This document shows positions 34,860 to 35,916 of a stretch of DNA of 35,916 nt, one piece after another. The position numbers were made by a program, and so were the translations under genes. The DNA is from Chiloscyllium plagiosum (lineage: Eukaryota): contig NC_057756.1 of assembly GCF_004010195.1 (NCBI RefSeq), forward strand, positions 5,738,562 to 5,774,477. Direction: 5' to 3'. The first letter of the stretch is position 1. The number at the start of each line of letters is the position of its first letter. The notes below the pieces were generated by a model that saw nothing but the letters and a program-made list of their open reading frames with translations, was not told the DNA's origin and did not search any database.

Positions 34860-35445
34860 CTTGACTTTATAAAGCTCTAGTCAGGCCCCATTTAGAATAC
34901 TGTGTCCAATTTTGGGCTCCACACCTCAGGAAGGACAGATTGGGACTAGAGAGTGTCCAGTGGAGATTCACACGGATGATCCCTGGAATGGTAGGCCTAA
35001 CATACGATGAACAGCTGAGGATCCTGGGATTGTATTCATGAGAGTTTACAAGGTTGAGGGGAGATCTAATAGAAATTTACAAGATAATGCATGATTTAGA
35101 AAGGGTGGGCGCTAGGAAGTTGTTTCCATTAGGTGGGGAGACTAGGACCCGTGGGCACTGCCTTAGAATTAGAGGGGGCCAATTGAGAACGGAAATGAGG
35201 AGACATTTCTTCAGCCAGAGAGTGGTAGGCCTGTGGAATTCATTGCCACAGAGCTCAGTGGAGGCCGGGATGTTAAATGTCTTCAAGGCAGCGCTTGACA
35301 AATTCTTGATCTTGCAAGGAACTAAGGGATACGGGGAGAATGTGGGTAAGTGGAGTTGAAATGCCCATCCGCCATGATTGAATGGCGGAGTGGACTCGAT
35401 GGGCCGAATGGCCTTCCTTCCACTCCTATGCCTCTGGTCTTATGA
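34860..35445 (+). mobile_element. CR1 LINE 3' fragment
   Basis: LYKALVRPHLEYCVQFWAP, LRGDLIEIYK, FSQRVVGLWNSLP; 3' UTR gggccgaatggcct...cttatga. Confidence 0.9.
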
Positions 35446-35779
35446 TTTTACCACCATGTATGAGATGAACTTTTTTTGAGTTCAGAAGAAGCTATACTTG
35501 ATGTGAAATATTAATTCTGTTTCTTTTGCCAAGGATGCTGACAGGCCAGTTGAGTTCTCAATTTTCTCTGTGATTGAACTTATCTTTCAGATTGATTAAC
35601 TGAATTCACATAACACCACTGCTGTCATGGTTGCGTTTGAAACCCTCTCTGGCACAATAGCCTGCATCACCAGATAATCAATCAATTACAACTGCACCAC
35701 TGTCTCCCTGGATGATGTCCTTTCATCGGCTATGAATCTTCGGCAATTCCACCGAAATGTGAGTCCTCATGGTTAACTA

Positions 35780-35916
35780 TAGAGTCATAGAGATGTACAG
35801 CATAGAAACAGACCCTTCGGTCCAACCTGTCCATGCCGACCAGATATCCCAACCCAATCTAGTCCCACCTGCCAGCACCCGGCCCATATCCCTCCAAACC
35901 CTTCCTATTCATATAC
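35780..35916 (-). mobile_element. CR1 LINE 3' end (continues beyond window)
   Basis: Highly similar to 6227-6360. Confidence 0.85.

Overview
Repeat-dominated vertebrate genomic DNA, most likely from a shark (inferred from HE1-type tRNA-derived SINEs with (ATCTA)n tails, CR1 LINEs and Penelope-like elements). One intact host gene is supported: a two-exon GPR139/GPR142-like class A GPCR on the minus strand (exon 1 34321-34255, exon 2 26676-25778, 321 aa). The ORF track misses exon 1. The rest is nested, decayed mobile DNA: several CR1 LINEs, two different class I (epsilon-like) endogenous retrovirus remnants, a Tigger/pogo-type MITE, SINEs, and Penelope-like retroelements. The Penelope terminal repeats carry hammerhead ribozyme cores and form fold-back palindromes with target-site duplications. 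There is a 269-N assembly gap. I see no clearly new multi-gene system. The best leads are a tiny membrane-protein ORF in the env position of ERV-A, the hammerhead fold-back elements, a frame-compensated duplication in an integrase, an orphan env-like fragment, and the GPCR itself.
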